Shown here: piece after piece, positions 49,980-60,832 of the stretch
How the letters are laid out: every line of letters begins with the position of its first letter
How positions within the stretch are numbered: position 1 is the first letter of the stretch
Assembly: GCA_943372285.1 (NCBI GenBank)
Contig: CALRYA010000004.1
Location: 65,517 to 129,516, forward strand
Direction: 5' to 3'
DNA length: 64,000 bases
Source of the DNA: Sphingobacterium thalpophilum
GTDB taxonomy: Bacteria; Bacteroidota; Bacteroidia; Chitinophagales; Chitinophagaceae
Notes under the pieces: generated by a model
What the model saw: only the letters and a program-made list of their open reading frames with translations
Told to the model about the DNA's origin: nothing
The model's database searches: none
Position numbers and translations under genes: made by a program

Positions 49980-50657
49980 CTAATTATCGGTAATAGGCAC
50001 TAGTACCATGGCTTGTGGCCCAGTTGAAACTGAGCTAAACCCACGTAATACAAGGGTATAGTTTTTGCCTGCTACAAAGTCAATTGCAGGTAACTGAAAT
50101 AAATTAACAGAACTTCCTGCAACAAATACTCCGAGGCTATAAGATCCAGGATCCATAGAAGTATATTGTGTTAAAGCCCCATTGGCTGAATGATCATTGG
50201 TTGTTCTGGATGTAAACAAATTGGTTGTACCTCTTTTGATATCAACAGATACAGATCCTTTGTAAAAATTAAAAAAACGCAAATTGATTTTTCCTGTTGC
50301 TGGAGCTGTTCTATCATCTTCTACTAAACTCACTTTGAAAGCTGTTGTAGAATCGTAACTAAAAAGAGAATAATATTTTGAAGCTTGTAATAATAAGTTG
50401 GCACTTACATATGGAGTGGCTACTCCTGCGGTTGTAATAGTTACTAATGGACTATTCGAAGCAATGGGTCTATAGGAACTTGCCGCACCATAAGATACAC
50501 CCCCAATTACTAATGCATTGTTTGCATTCAAATCTAGGTTATTGCTATTAGGAGATAAATTTACTAAACGGATATTGGCATCGGCTGGAGTATCAGTTTT
50601 TTTACATGCAGCTAAAAAGAGAATTGCCACTGATGCCAGGGTGATTATTTTATTCAT
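49980..50657 (-). CDS. DUF4397-domain lipoprotein
   Basis: 225 aa with lipobox LAAC|KK. The repeated pattern IRLVNLSPNS..LDL / INLRFFNF is typical of DUF4397. Confidence 0.65.
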   Translation of the reverse strand: MNKIITLASVAILFLAACKKTDTPADANIRLVNLSPNSNNLDLNANNALVIGGVSYGAASSYRPIASNSPLVTITTAGVATPYVSANLLLQASKYYSLFSYDSTTAFKVSLVEDDRTAPATGKINLRFFNFYKGSVSVDIKRGTTNLFTSRTTNDHSANGALTQYTSMDPGSYSLGVFVAGSSVNLFQLPAIDFVAGKNYTLVLRGFSSVSTGPQAMVLVPITDN

Positions 50658-50699
50658 AGTAAGTAATTTGATCGACTAAAAGATAAAGTTACTAAATAA

Positions 50700-50733
50700 A
50701 ACAAAAAAGCTACCAGTAATTAACTGATAGCTT
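50700..50733 (-). terminator. terminator after typA
   Basis: The minus strand reads aagctatcag/ttaatta/ctggtagctt with 9 of 10 bp paired, followed by ttttttgtttt. Confidence 0.7.
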
Positions 50734-50757
50734 TAAAATAATAAATAGAATTTAATA

Positions 50758-52572
50758 TTATCCTACAGCTTCTGATTTCATGCTCTTAGAAGCTTTTGTT
50801 CTATCATTCTCATCCAAAATGGTTTTACGCATACGGATGTTTTTAGGAGTAACTTCAATACACTCATCTTGCTGAATATATTCCATACACTCTTCTAAAG
50901 TAAACTGCAATTTTGGAATAATTCTAACTGCATCATCACTTCCGCTTGCACGGTGGTTGGTGAGTTTTTTCATTTCCACTGCATTCACATTTAAATCACC
51001 TGGCTTAATATGTTCTGCAATCATTTGGCCAACATATACTTCATCTCCTGGATCAACAAAAAAGCTTCCACGATCTTGTAATTTATCAATTGAATAAGCA
51101 GTAGTTACCCCTTGAAACTTTGCAATTAATACGCCATTGCTTCTTCCAGGAATTGGGCCTTTCCAAGGTTTATAATCAATAAAGCGATGAGCCATAACAG
51201 CTTCACCTGCTGTACCTGTAAGCATTTGTGAACGAAGACCGATCAACCCTCTTGATGGAATTTCAAATTCAAGATGTTGCATTTCTCCTTTACTTTCCAT
51301 GATTTGCATCTCACCCTTACGCTGAGTAACCAAATCAATTACTTTTCCACTGAATTCTGAAGGAACATCCACCACAAGGTTCTCATATGGTTCATGTTTT
51401 TTACCATCAATGGTTTTTACCAATACCTGAGGGTTACCAACAGTAAGTTCATATCCTTCTCTACGCATGGTTTCCACTAAAATGCCTAAGTGAAGAATAC
51501 CTCTACCAAATACCAAGAAACTATCTGCACTATCTGTATCTTCTACTCTTAATGCCAAATTCTTTTCTGTCTCTTTCATTAAACGATCACGCAAATGACG
51601 AGAAGTTACAAATTTTCCATCTCTACCAAAGAAAGGTGAGTTGTTAATACTAAAAGTCATACTCATAGTAGGCTCATCCACACTGATAATTGGTAAACCT
51701 TCTGGATTCTCTACATCAGCAATTGTATCTCCGATATTGAAATCTTCTAAACCAACAACTGCACATAGATCCCCTGCAATAACTTCAGTCACTTTACGCT
51801 TACCCATTCCCTCAAATACATACAATTCTTTAACACGGCTCTTTTTAATTGATCCGTCGGCTTGAACCAATGCAATTGGTTGGCTTTCTTTAACTGAACC
51901 TCTTGTTACTTTACCTATGGCAATTCTTCCTAAGAAAGAAGAATAATCCAATGAAGTAATCTGCATCTGTAATGGTCCTTCATTTACTTTAGGAGCTGGT
52001 ACATATTTAATGATACCATCCATTAAAGGGAAAATATCTTCTGTTTGAGTAAGGCTATCGTTGAACCAACCATTTTTACCACTACCATAGAAAGTAGGGA
52101 AATTCAATTGCTCTTCTGTAGCATCTAAATTGAAGAACAATTCAAAAACTGCATCATGAACCTCATCCGGACGACAGTTTGGTTTATCCACTTTATTAAT
52201 AACAACAATTGGATGTAAATTCAATTGCAAGGCTTTTTGCAGAACAAAACGAGTTTGAGGCATAGGTCCTTCAAAAGCATCTACTAACAAAATAACACCA
52301 TCAGCCATCTTCAATACACGCTCTACTTCACCTCCAAAATCACTGTGACCTGGTGTATCAATAACGTTGATTTTATAATCATTATAGGTTACCGCAGCAT
52401 TTTTACTGAAAATGGTGATACCACGCTCTCTTTCCAGGTCATTGCTGTCCATAATTAACTCGCCAGCATCCTGGTTGTCTCTAAAAACCTTAGTTGCACC
52501 TAAAATACGGTCTACTAAAGTGGTTTTGCCATGGTCAACGTGTGCGATGATGGCAATGTTTCTTATTTCCAT
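50758..52572 (-). CDS. typA: translational GTPase TypA/BipA
   Basis: 604 aa with G motifs AHVDHGKTT, DTPGH and NKVD. Length and domain order match BipA. Confidence 0.93.
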   Translation of the reverse strand: MEIRNIAIIAHVDHGKTTLVDRILGATKVFRDNQDAGELIMDSNDLERERGITIFSKNAAVTYNDYKINVIDTPGHSDFGGEVERVLKMADGVILLVDAFEGPMPQTRFVLQKALQLNLHPIVVINKVDKPNCRPDEVHDAVFELFFNLDATEEQLNFPTFYGSGKNGWFNDSLTQTEDIFPLMDGIIKYVPAPKVNEGPLQMQITSLDYSSFLGRIAIGKVTRGSVKESQPIALVQADGSIKKSRVKELYVFEGMGKRKVTEVIAGDLCAVVGLEDFNIGDTIADVENPEGLPIISVDEPTMSMTFSINNSPFFGRDGKFVTSRHLRDRLMKETEKNLALRVEDTDSADSFLVFGRGILHLGILVETMRREGYELTVGNPQVLVKTIDGKKHEPYENLVVDVPSEFSGKVIDLVTQRKGEMQIMESKGEMQHLEFEIPSRGLIGLRSQMLTGTAGEAVMAHRFIDYKPWKGPIPGRSNGVLIAKFQGVTTAYSIDKLQDRGSFFVDPGDEVYVGQMIAEHIKPGDLNVNAVEMKKLTNHRASGSDDAVRIIPKLQFTLEECMEYIQQDECIEVTPKNIRMRKTILDENDRTKASKSMKSEAVG

Positions 52573-52742
52573 TGTTGTGTATTTGCTTCAGTATCAATTA
52601 CTTATGTAAATAATACTATTTATTTGAGCGGCAAAGGTACGATATTACAATGGGGCAGCAAGTAAATAAGTGTCAATATTATGTTACGGACTCAATCGGA
52701 TGAAGCCAATTAGTCCTAAATTTATATGAATATCAATCTTTT

Positions 52743-53111
52743 ATGAAGTCATTATTGCTCTATTTACTCATCGCATTTTATTTATTTGCCGGATATAATC
52801 ATTTTGCGAATCCTCGTTTTTATACTCCTTTGATTCCCCCCTATTTAACGCAATGGACCAATATGATTAATATAGTAAGCGGAGTGGCAGAAATTGCTTT
52901 GGCAATTGGTATGATTTTTCCAAGTACCAGACTACTTGCTTCATACGGAATCATTGCGCTCTTAATCGCTTTTATTCCAGCACATATTTACATGATTCAA
53001 TTGGGTCACTTTAATTTAGGTAAAATCCAAATGACTCCTACTATCGGATGGATAAGATTAATAATCATACAACCGGTTCTGATCCTTTGGGCTTATTGGG
53101 TAAGAAATTAA
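52743..53111 (+). CDS. small 4-TM membrane protein (possibly DoxX-like)
   Basis: 122 aa, almost entirely hydrophobic segments. The family guess is weak. Confidence 0.45.
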   Translation: MKSLLLYLLIAFYLFAGYNHFANPRFYTPLIPPYLTQWTNMINIVSGVAEIALAIGMIFPSTRLLASYGIIALLIAFIPAHIYMIQLGHFNLGKIQMTPTIGWIRLIIIQPVLILWAYWVRN

Positions 53112-53130
53112 TAACTTTAAAAAAAAATTC

Positions 53131-54132
53131 ATGCGCTTTCTCAAAATTTTTATTGGTATAGTTGCTGTAATAGCTATTATTTATCTGATTGGGCCAACTC
53201 CCTCAAAACCCAATTATAATAATACTATGATTGAAGTTCCTTCAGATCCGATTGCATTGGAAAAATTTATTGCATCCAAAGAAGCTTCTCATAAAATAAA
53301 ACCCAACAATGAAGCAAGGATTGTTTGGGCCAACGATTCATTGAAACAAAAAACTAAATATGCAATGGTGTACTTGCATGGTTTTAGTGCAAGTCAAGAA
53401 GAAGGCAATCCTGTTCACAGAGAAATTGCCAAGCAGTTCGGCTGTAACCTTTATCTATCAAGGCTTTCACAGCATGGGATAGATACCACAGAAACCTTGA
53501 TGAATATGACTGCAGAAAATTTATGGGAATCTGCAAAAGAAGCATATGCCATTGGGAAAGCAATTGGTGATACGGTAATATTGATGGGTACATCAACAGG
53601 AGGAACATTGGCTTTAATGCTTGCCGCTAATTTCCCTGAAGTGGGTGGTTTGGTTTTGTATTCACCTAATATTGCTATTAATGATCCTAATGCTTGGTTG
53701 TTGAACAATCCTTGGGGTTTACAAATTGCCAGAGCTGTAAAAAAATCCAATTACAACCATATAGAAAAATCAATTCCTCAATACAATCAATATTGGAATC
53801 ATCATTATCGATTAGAGGCTACTGTGCAATTAGAAGAATTATTGGAAACTTCAATGACTCATCAAAATTTTAATAAGATCAAACAACCTACTTTGGTTTT
53901 GTATTACTTTAAAAATGAAGCCGAACAAGATCCAGTAGTAAAAGTTAGTGCCATGAAAGATATGTTTTCGACCATTCAAACTCCAACTGAAAAAAAGAAA
54001 ATGGTGCCTATTCCGAATTGCGGCAATCATGTGATGGCATCCCCTATTCAATCAAAAGATATAGAAACGGTGAAAAAAGAATCTGCCCGTTTTTTAAATG
54101 AAATCATGATGATACAGCCCATAATGAATTAA
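53131..54132 (+). CDS. alpha/beta-hydrolase with N-terminal membrane anchor
   Basis: 333 aa with a HGF oxyanion region (YLHGFSAS), nucleophile elbow GTSTGG and a late His (CGNHVM). Confidence 0.7.
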   Translation: MRFLKIFIGIVAVIAIIYLIGPTPSKPNYNNTMIEVPSDPIALEKFIASKEASHKIKPNNEARIVWANDSLKQKTKYAMVYLHGFSASQEEGNPVHREIAKQFGCNLYLSRLSQHGIDTTETLMNMTAENLWESAKEAYAIGKAIGDTVILMGTSTGGTLALMLAANFPEVGGLVLYSPNIAINDPNAWLLNNPWGLQIARAVKKSNYNHIEKSIPQYNQYWNHHYRLEATVQLEELLETSMTHQNFNKIKQPTLVLYYFKNEAEQDPVVKVSAMKDMFSTIQTPTEKKKMVPIPNCGNHVMASPIQSKDIETVKKESARFLNEIMMIQPIMN

Positions 54133-54188
54133 TGGATGTTTGCATCCATACAATTTCATTATCTTCATCCTCCTAAAATTGCTTGCAT

Positions 54189-55238
54189 ATGCCTCTTAGT
54201 AAAATAGCTGGCATTGGTAAATATGTACCCGCCAATGTTGTAACAAATAATGATCTTACTAAATACATGGATACCAATGATGAATGGATCCAAGAAAGAA
54301 CAGGAATAAAGGAACGCAGGTACGCGCATAGAACAGAAGAAACCACCACTACAATGGCAGTAGAAGCGGCTAAAATTGCTATTGAAAGAGCAGGTACTAC
54401 TGCTGAAGAAATTGATTTCATAGTATTCGCCACTTTATCACCGGATTATTATTTTCCTGGTTGTGGAGTAATGGTACAACGTGCCATGAAGATGAAGGAA
54501 ATTGGCGCTTTGGATGTTCGTAATCAATGCAGCGGTTTCTTATATGCATTAAGTGTTGCCGATCAGTTTATTAAAACAGGTATGTATAAAAACATCTTGG
54601 TGATTGGTAGCGAAAAACATTCTTTTGGTTTAGACTTCACCACTCGTGGCAGAAACATTTCGGTGATTTTTGGAGATGGAGCAGGGGCAGTAGTATTACA
54701 ACCAACTGAAAAACCAGGTCAAGGAATACTCAGTACGCATTTACATAGTGATGGAGAATCCGCAGAAATATTGGCCATGTATAATCCCGGCACACATGCG
54801 AATCATTGGGGTGCAAAAAATTATGCCGATTTTGATGATGCAGAAATTGCTCAAATGTTTATGAGTAAAAAAATGATTGACAACGCTCAATTATATCCTT
54901 ATATGGATGGTCAGGCTGTATTCAAAAAAGCAGTAGTAAAATTTCCTGAAGTAATTATGGAAGCATTGGAAAAAAATGGTTTGAAATCTTCCGATATCAA
55001 TATGTTAATTCCTCATCAGGCCAATTTACGCATCAGCCAATTCGTGCAACATAAATTACAACTTTCCGATGACCAGGTATATAATAATATTCAATATTAC
55101 GGAAACACTACTGCTGCCTCGGTACCTATAGCTTTATGTGAAGCATGGGAGAAAGGAAAAATAAAAGAAGGCGATTTGGTTTGTTTAGCAGCATTTGGAA
55201 GTGGCTTTACATGGGCCAGTGCATTAATGAATTGGTAG
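54189..55238 (+). CDS. fabH: beta-ketoacyl-ACP synthase III (FabH)
   Basis: Catalytic triad contexts RNQCSGFLYAL, PHQANLRI and YGNTTAAS. I prefer the ATG at 54189 over the TTG at 54183. Confidence 0.88.
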   Translation: MPLSKIAGIGKYVPANVVTNNDLTKYMDTNDEWIQERTGIKERRYAHRTEETTTTMAVEAAKIAIERAGTTAEEIDFIVFATLSPDYYFPGCGVMVQRAMKMKEIGALDVRNQCSGFLYALSVADQFIKTGMYKNILVIGSEKHSFGLDFTTRGRNISVIFGDGAGAVVLQPTEKPGQGILSTHLHSDGESAEILAMYNPGTHANHWGAKNYADFDDAEIAQMFMSKKMIDNAQLYPYMDGQAVFKKAVVKFPEVIMEALEKNGLKSSDINMLIPHQANLRISQFVQHKLQLSDDQVYNNIQYYGNTTAASVPIALCEAWEKGKIKEGDLVCLAAFGSGFTWASALMNW

Positions 55239-55260
55239 TTGATCTATTTAGTACCCCCCT

Positions 55261-56160
55261 ATGGAAAGAAAAATTATTTATCTCATTAATCCTATATCCG
55301 GAACTTCTAAAAAAGAGAAGACTCGTTTACTGATTGAAAGAGAAACTGAATTACAGCAAATCCCTTTTAAAGTATTTTATACAAATCCTGCAGGTAATTA
55401 TGATTTAATAAGAGATCATATTTTGCAAGAAGACTATACAGATGTAGTGATGATTGGTGGTGATGGAACGGTTAATCAGGTAACCAATGCATTGAGAGAT
55501 ACTGGCGTGCGATTTGGTATTATCCCTTCTGGTTCTGGCAATGGATTGGCTCGTGCAGCCAATATTCCTTCAAAATTAAAGTCGGCATTGGCCATTATTT
55601 TTAGCGGGAAAGCCAAAGCGGTGGATGCTTTTACTGTTAACGGCGAATATTCTTGTATGCTAAGTGGGGTGGGGTTTGATGCACAAGTTGCACATGATTT
55701 TGCTCAAAAAACTACAAGGGGTTTATTCACCTATACACAACAAAGTATCATCAATTATTTCAAAGCCAACCCCTATCAATTTGAAGTAACCATCGATCAT
55801 TTTTCATTTTTTACTGACGCATTTTTTATTAGCATTGCCAATAGTAATCAATTTGGAAACAATGCAACGATTGCTCCACAAGCCAGTTTATCTGATGGAT
55901 TATTGGATGTAGTAATTGTACAAAAAATGAATAAAGCAAAATTGCCTTTTGCCATTTTTCGTCAAATGAGAGGTAACAATAAATTACAAAAATTAGTTGA
56001 TGACATGAGCACAAAAACTATTTTGTATTTTCAAACACCTTCATTGTCTATAAAAAACGAGAAACTTGCCCCTTTACATATAGATGGCGAACCTAGAGAA
56101 ACAGCGGAAAAATTTGATATTGAAATCATCAAAGACGCGTTTAATTTGTTACAGCCCTAG
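55261..56160 (+). CDS. diacylglycerol-kinase-family lipid kinase (YegS/BmrU type)
   Basis: 299 aa with a GGDGTVNQV motif and SGSGNGLAR. Confidence 0.82.
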   Translation: MERKIIYLINPISGTSKKEKTRLLIERETELQQIPFKVFYTNPAGNYDLIRDHILQEDYTDVVMIGGDGTVNQVTNALRDTGVRFGIIPSGSGNGLARAANIPSKLKSALAIIFSGKAKAVDAFTVNGEYSCMLSGVGFDAQVAHDFAQKTTRGLFTYTQQSIINYFKANPYQFEVTIDHFSFFTDAFFISIANSNQFGNNATIAPQASLSDGLLDVVIVQKMNKAKLPFAIFRQMRGNNKLQKLVDDMSTKTILYFQTPSLSIKNEKLAPLHIDGEPRETAEKFDIEIIKDAFNLLQP

Positions 56161-56164
56161 TACA

Positions 56165-58390
56165 TTATTTATCAATGATTCTTTTTAAACTTTTAAAAGC
56201 ATCTTGATTAATTGGGTTATCTAATGCATGAGAAATATCTCTTTTCTCCGCTGCAGTTAAGTGAAAACTCAAACTAGCAGCTGCGTCTTTTGATGAAGGC
56301 ACATATTGAAATGTAATACGATAAAAATCAGGGCCATAGTTTTTTGATAAATAATCCAATTGGTCATGTTGTGCATAATCTTGCATCTTAAACCAATTGT
56401 TCTGAAGAATTAAAAATGGTTTGGTTAAAAAACCAATCAAAGAATTATTTTCAAGGGGTTTATCCCAGTCACTCACACCCCGATCTCTGATTTGAATTAA
56501 CACCACTTTAGATGTATTTGCTTGCAGCCAGTCTTTAAATACTTCAACAAAACGCAAACTGGCTTCTTGTCCAAAATTATCCCTCAATCCCGCGTCCATT
56601 ACATCAATAATTGGATTAGTTGGCAGCCAAACATTGGGTAATACATAAGGAAATGTTGCGTTCATTCTTAATGCAGAAAGCAAACTGATTCCATTACTAT
56701 TCTGTTTGTTGAAAAATGAATTAAAATCAATTGCATCGGGATCAAAGGAATTGATATTGGCTTCTTTTGCTATGGGTTTTAATAAAAATCGAACTGGGCG
56801 AGTGGCAATAATCATTTTTCTCCCGTCTCTGGTAATAACAGAATTAAAAAAAATAGCTGGCAACTGAGCAAGTCTTTCTGCCTCGGCATATTCCGAAATC
56901 GGTTTATCTAAAACAGACTCTGTATTCTCATTTAATTTTTGCTCAAAAGCATAGCCTCTGTCTTTAATATATTCAAACCCATTGTATTTAAACTTTTGTG
57001 CAGGACTAAATAAATCTCTGGTCAAAAATGAAGAAAAAATTGGGCTCAATAAATCTTTTGTGATATTAGCTATATATCGTTCATCTTGTAAATCAATAGA
57101 TTTTCCTTTTAATTTCTGAAAGTATAATTCCCTAAAATAAGCTGCTCCTAACATTCCTCCTGATGCCCCATTAATGAGTATTGTTTGCTCCATTAACCGG
57201 CCATTCAATTGCTGATCTAACCGTTGAAGTGTGTTCATGGTGAAAGCTGCGCTTCTCGTGCCACCTCCACTTGTATTAATTATATATAAAATTGGTTTGG
57301 GTGAAGATTGCTTTGCTTTCCAGTTATTTAAAATAGCAATATATTGAGCCCGATCATTTTGTATACTCGAATCATTGGCCATTGCATTCACTGATTCTTT
57401 ACTATACAAAGGTCTCTCCGATTTATGAATATAATCTAAACCATACGCTTTGTTTCTTGGATCGATAATTTCTTTTTGATATAAAAAATTAGCCAATACA
57501 TATATAGCAACTACAACAGGAATACTCCATGTTTTTAGGAAAATAGACATTGCACCTGCAAAAGCAATTAAAATGGCAAAAAATAAAGTAATACTACTAC
57601 TGGCAGGTATTTGAAATAATTGCGCATCAGAACTATAACCAGTTAAAATTAAAAAAACAAATGCCAATGTAATAGCCAATACAGCTGCAACATGGTGTCG
57701 GTTAAATAGTGCATCTATAAATTCGGGGCTATAATGTCTAACATCTCTTGGTTTTCGCAAACGTAATCCTGCACTTAAAAACCAATCAACTCGCATCTCA
57801 TATTTTTCTTTGGGCAGCATTTTAGTAGAAACTACCCGATCGTATTCTTGATGTGCATATTGAATACTGGATGATAGTGTGTAGTAAATGGTTTTATCTG
57901 CACTAAAAAAATATAGAAAAGCTATGGCCAATGATGAAATCAAACCACCCGTATATCCCAATGCTAAAAAAATAATATCTTTTGTGTCAAATAATTCTTG
58001 GGAGCTGGAATAATGAATTGCCCTTATTAAATAATACACCAAGAAAGTAACAGGAATGATGGCATTATTGATACAGTATTTTAAAAAAGGCTGGGCATTG
58101 GTTGCTAAAAATCGAATGCTCTTTCCGTGCAATATAAAAGTGGTAATATTCCAACTCATAATGAATACCCCTGTAGAAAATCCTACGATTGCAGTACTAA
58201 TTGCCGTAACTTCTCCATAATATTCAGGAGCTAGGAAAAGAGAATCTGCTCCAAATGTGTGCATGAAATTACCTGCAACTGTAGCAAATAATACATACCA
58301 AAACACCAAAAAAATCTGGTATCTCCTGAAATGCATCAGAAAAAGTTGAATGGGCAAAGAGAACCAAATTCCAATCAGGTATTTCTTCAT
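56165..58390 (-). CDS. polytopic membrane protein with C-terminal patatin-like phospholipase domain
   Basis: 741 aa with about 8 N-terminal TM segments. These are followed by the patatin motifs GGGTR (oxyanion), GASGG (GxSxG nucleophile) and DAGLRDNFG (catalytic Asp). Confidence 0.75.
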   Translation of the reverse strand: MKKYLIGIWFSLPIQLFLMHFRRYQIFLVFWYVLFATVAGNFMHTFGADSLFLAPEYYGEVTAISTAIVGFSTGVFIMSWNITTFILHGKSIRFLATNAQPFLKYCINNAIIPVTFLVYYLIRAIHYSSSQELFDTKDIIFLALGYTGGLISSLAIAFLYFFSADKTIYYTLSSSIQYAHQEYDRVVSTKMLPKEKYEMRVDWFLSAGLRLRKPRDVRHYSPEFIDALFNRHHVAAVLAITLAFVFLILTGYSSDAQLFQIPASSSITLFFAILIAFAGAMSIFLKTWSIPVVVAIYVLANFLYQKEIIDPRNKAYGLDYIHKSERPLYSKESVNAMANDSSIQNDRAQYIAILNNWKAKQSSPKPILYIINTSGGGTRSAAFTMNTLQRLDQQLNGRLMEQTILINGASGGMLGAAYFRELYFQKLKGKSIDLQDERYIANITKDLLSPIFSSFLTRDLFSPAQKFKYNGFEYIKDRGYAFEQKLNENTESVLDKPISEYAEAERLAQLPAIFFNSVITRDGRKMIIATRPVRFLLKPIAKEANINSFDPDAIDFNSFFNKQNSNGISLLSALRMNATFPYVLPNVWLPTNPIIDVMDAGLRDNFGQEASLRFVEVFKDWLQANTSKVVLIQIRDRGVSDWDKPLENNSLIGFLTKPFLILQNNWFKMQDYAQHDQLDYLSKNYGPDFYRITFQYVPSSKDAAASLSFHLTAAEKRDISHALDNPINQDAFKSLKRIIDK

Positions 58391-58430
58391 ACAACTAAGA
58401 TGATTTTATGAACCTTCTCGCTGCACTAAG

Positions 58431-59501
58431 TTACTTAAATTCTCTAGCTTCTTTTTCTGTCAGGTATAGCATCAATACCAGTGAGAGTAATAATAACATT
58501 CCTGTTAACTGATGCAATTGGGCAGTCCATTCAAATAAACCCCAATTTCCTGGTATAATTCCTTTACTGAACAGAACTGTCCCTATTCCTAGAGCCACTT
58601 GAACAAGAACAATTACAAAAGGTATTTTTTTGACCTGATTAAAAATGGTTGATCCATTTATTTTATTCAGCTGAAAAGTCCATAAAGCAATGTAAACCAA
58701 TAACAGATAGGCAATTCCCCGATGAATAAAATGAATCAATAAAGTGTTATCAATAAAATTGAGTAAAATGGGTTGATCCTTAAATAATTGATCAGGTATC
58801 CAATCTCCATTAATGGTTGGCCAGGTAGAAGCAACATTGGCTGCTTTATGGCCTGCCATTAAAGCGCCATACAATAACTGAACTACTAATAAGCCTAATA
58901 ATATATAGTTGGTTCTGAGGGCTTTTGAATTTTGAATCAATTGATCCTTCTTAATTAAACAACTGAGTGCAAACCAAAATGTATAACTAAGTAATCCCAA
59001 AGCCAACACAAAATGCAATGCCAACCGGGTTGGCTTAACATATACTGCATCTCCTGTTAATCCACTAGCCACCATGATCCATCCAACGCCACCTTGCAAT
59101 GCTCCTAATAAGAACAAAATAAACAAAGGCTTTATCATTTCTTTCTTGAAAGCCTTCTTCCATAAAAACCAAACAAAGCCAATGGCGAATACTAAACCAA
59201 TTGTTCTTGCCCAAAGCCTATGAAACCATTCCCAAAAAAAGATATATTGAAAGTCCTTCAGTGTAAACTCAAAATTGAGTAATTGAAACTGCGGAGTTTG
59301 TTTGTATTTATTAAATTCAACCAGCCAGGCGGATTCATTCAGTGGAGGTAGGGTTCCAGTAATTACATTCCATTCTGTAATAGACAAGCCGCTTCCTGTT
59401 AATCGGGTAATTCCACCTAAAGCGATCTGTACAATCGTCATTCCAACTCCTACCAATAACCAAATAGCTACTTGCTTATCCGAGCGATTCAATTTATCCA
59501 T
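58431..59501 (-). CDS. ctaA: heme A synthase (COX15/CtaA family)
   Basis: 356 aa with 8 TM segments and conserved His contexts (FWEWFHRLWAR, HFIHRGIAY, HKAAN). Confidence 0.8.
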   Translation of the reverse strand: MDKLNRSDKQVAIWLLVGVGMTIVQIALGGITRLTGSGLSITEWNVITGTLPPLNESAWLVEFNKYKQTPQFQLLNFEFTLKDFQYIFFWEWFHRLWARTIGLVFAIGFVWFLWKKAFKKEMIKPLFILFLLGALQGGVGWIMVASGLTGDAVYVKPTRLALHFVLALGLLSYTFWFALSCLIKKDQLIQNSKALRTNYILLGLLVVQLLYGALMAGHKAANVASTWPTINGDWIPDQLFKDQPILLNFIDNTLLIHFIHRGIAYLLLVYIALWTFQLNKINGSTIFNQVKKIPFVIVLVQVALGIGTVLFSKGIIPGNWGLFEWTAQLHQLTGMLLLLSLVLMLYLTEKEAREFK

Positions 59502-59601
59502 TTTATGAGTATTTCAATTTTATACAAAGGTATAACAACCAAAACGGTTGTTTTGATTAAATCAATTTGATACTATTGAAAGGAAAGTGGAAATTTACAG
59601 G

Positions 59602-60201
59602 ATGTTACCTTCTTATTATCAGAAAACCCTTGTAGAAGCCGGATGCGATGAAGCTGGAAGAGGATGCTATGCAGGTCCTGTTTTTGCAGCAGCTGTTATT
59701 TTGCCAAAAAATTTTAAACACCCATTATTAAACGATAGTAAACAGGTAGGCGAAAAACAGAGATTGGTTTTGAAAGAAGTGATCGAGTCAAATGCAATAG
59801 CCTGGTCGGTTGCAAGTGTTGAAGTGGAAGAAATAGATGCTATCAATATATTAAAAGCCAGTTTTAAAGCGATGCATAAAGCTATTGGGCAGTTAAAACT
59901 GCTTCCAGAATTCTTATTGATTGATGGAAATCGGTTTATTGCTTACCCAAAAATACCTCATATCTGTATTGTTAAAGGAGATGGAAAATTTGCTTCTATT
60001 GCAGCAGCTAGTATTTTAGCAAAAACGCATAGAGATGCGTATATGGAAAAATTACATCAGCAGTTTCCTCAATATGGTTGGAATAGAAATAAGGGGTATG
60101 GAACTTTGGAGCACCGAATAGGGATAGAAAAAAACGGGCTATGCATACATCATCGTAAAAGTTTTAACATCGTTCCTTCTCAAATGAATATTCCTTTTTA
60201 G
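59602..60201 (+). CDS. rnhB: ribonuclease HII
   Basis: [14 protein letters not shown] active-site motif and DSK and [10 protein letters not shown] motifs. I prefer the ATG at 59602 over the GTG at 59587. Confidence 0.9.
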   Translation: MLPSYYQKTLVEAGCDEAGRGCYAGPVFAAAVILPKNFKHPLLNDSKQVGEKQRLVLKEVIESNAIAWSVASVEVEEIDAINILKASFKAMHKAIGQLKLLPEFLLIDGNRFIAYPKIPHICIVKGDGKFASIAAASILAKTHRDAYMEKLHQQFPQYGWNRNKGYGTLEHRIGIEKNGLCIHHRKSFNIVPSQMNIPF

Positions 60202-60809
60202 TCCATTTCCCAAATACCAGCCCCCAAACGAATCAATTCATACGTTGCAGAAGTACAATCAATAATGGTAGAAGGCACCATCCCTCCATTTCCTCCATCA
60301 ACTACAATGTCAACCAGGTTTTCAAATTTTGTATGTATCAAATCGGGATCAGTAAATTCCTCTACCATCTCTCCTGGCAATGATGCAGACAACAATGGAT
60401 GACCCAGCTGTTCTACAATGGTCCTTGCTATGAGATTATCGGGAATTCTCAACCCAATCGTACTTTTTTTACTTTGCAATAATTTTGGTACTACTTTGCT
60501 CGCTGGAAGAATAAATGTATATGGTCCAGGCAAATGACTTTTTAATATTCGGTAAAGTGAAGTATCAATGGGTTTGCAATATTTACTGAGGTCGCTTAAA
60601 TCATTACAAATAAAACTCAATTGCGCTTTTGTAGGATCAACTTGTTTTATTCTTGCAATTCTTTCAATTGCTTTTGGTTGAAAAATGTCACAGCCCAATC
60701 CATAAATCGTATCAGTTGGATAAATGATGATTCCACCATCATTCAAACATTCAATGATTGTTTTTATATGACGTGGATTGGGATTATCAGGATGAACATG
60801 CAATAACAT
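60198..60809 (-). CDS. tsaC: L-threonylcarbamoyladenylate synthase (TsaC/YrdC family)
   Basis: The internal start [15 protein letters not shown]... at 60809 matches typical family N-termini. Motifs are [11 protein letters not shown] and LRIPDN. The 33-codon upstream extension in the ORF track crosses a terminator-like hairpin. Confidence 0.85.
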   Translation of the reverse strand: MLLHVHPDNPNPRHIKTIIECLNDGGIIIYPTDTIYGLGCDIFQPKAIERIARIKQVDPTKAQLSFICNDLSDLSKYCKPIDTSLYRILKSHLPGPYTFILPASKVVPKLLQSKKSTIGLRIPDNLIARTIVEQLGHPLLSASLPGEMVEEFTDPDLIHTKFENLVDIVVDGGNGGMVPSTIIDCTSATYELIRLGAGIWEMD

Positions 60810-60832
60810 AATTAAAGTTACGCTATAAAAAC

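Noticed and set aside
56165-58390. Patatin-like phospholipase as a CBASS-type or other anti-phage defence effector
   Set aside because: No cyclase, sensor, nuclease or other defence-associated gene is adjacent. The neighbours are housekeeping lipid and respiration genes, and the protein carries its own polytopic membrane domain.
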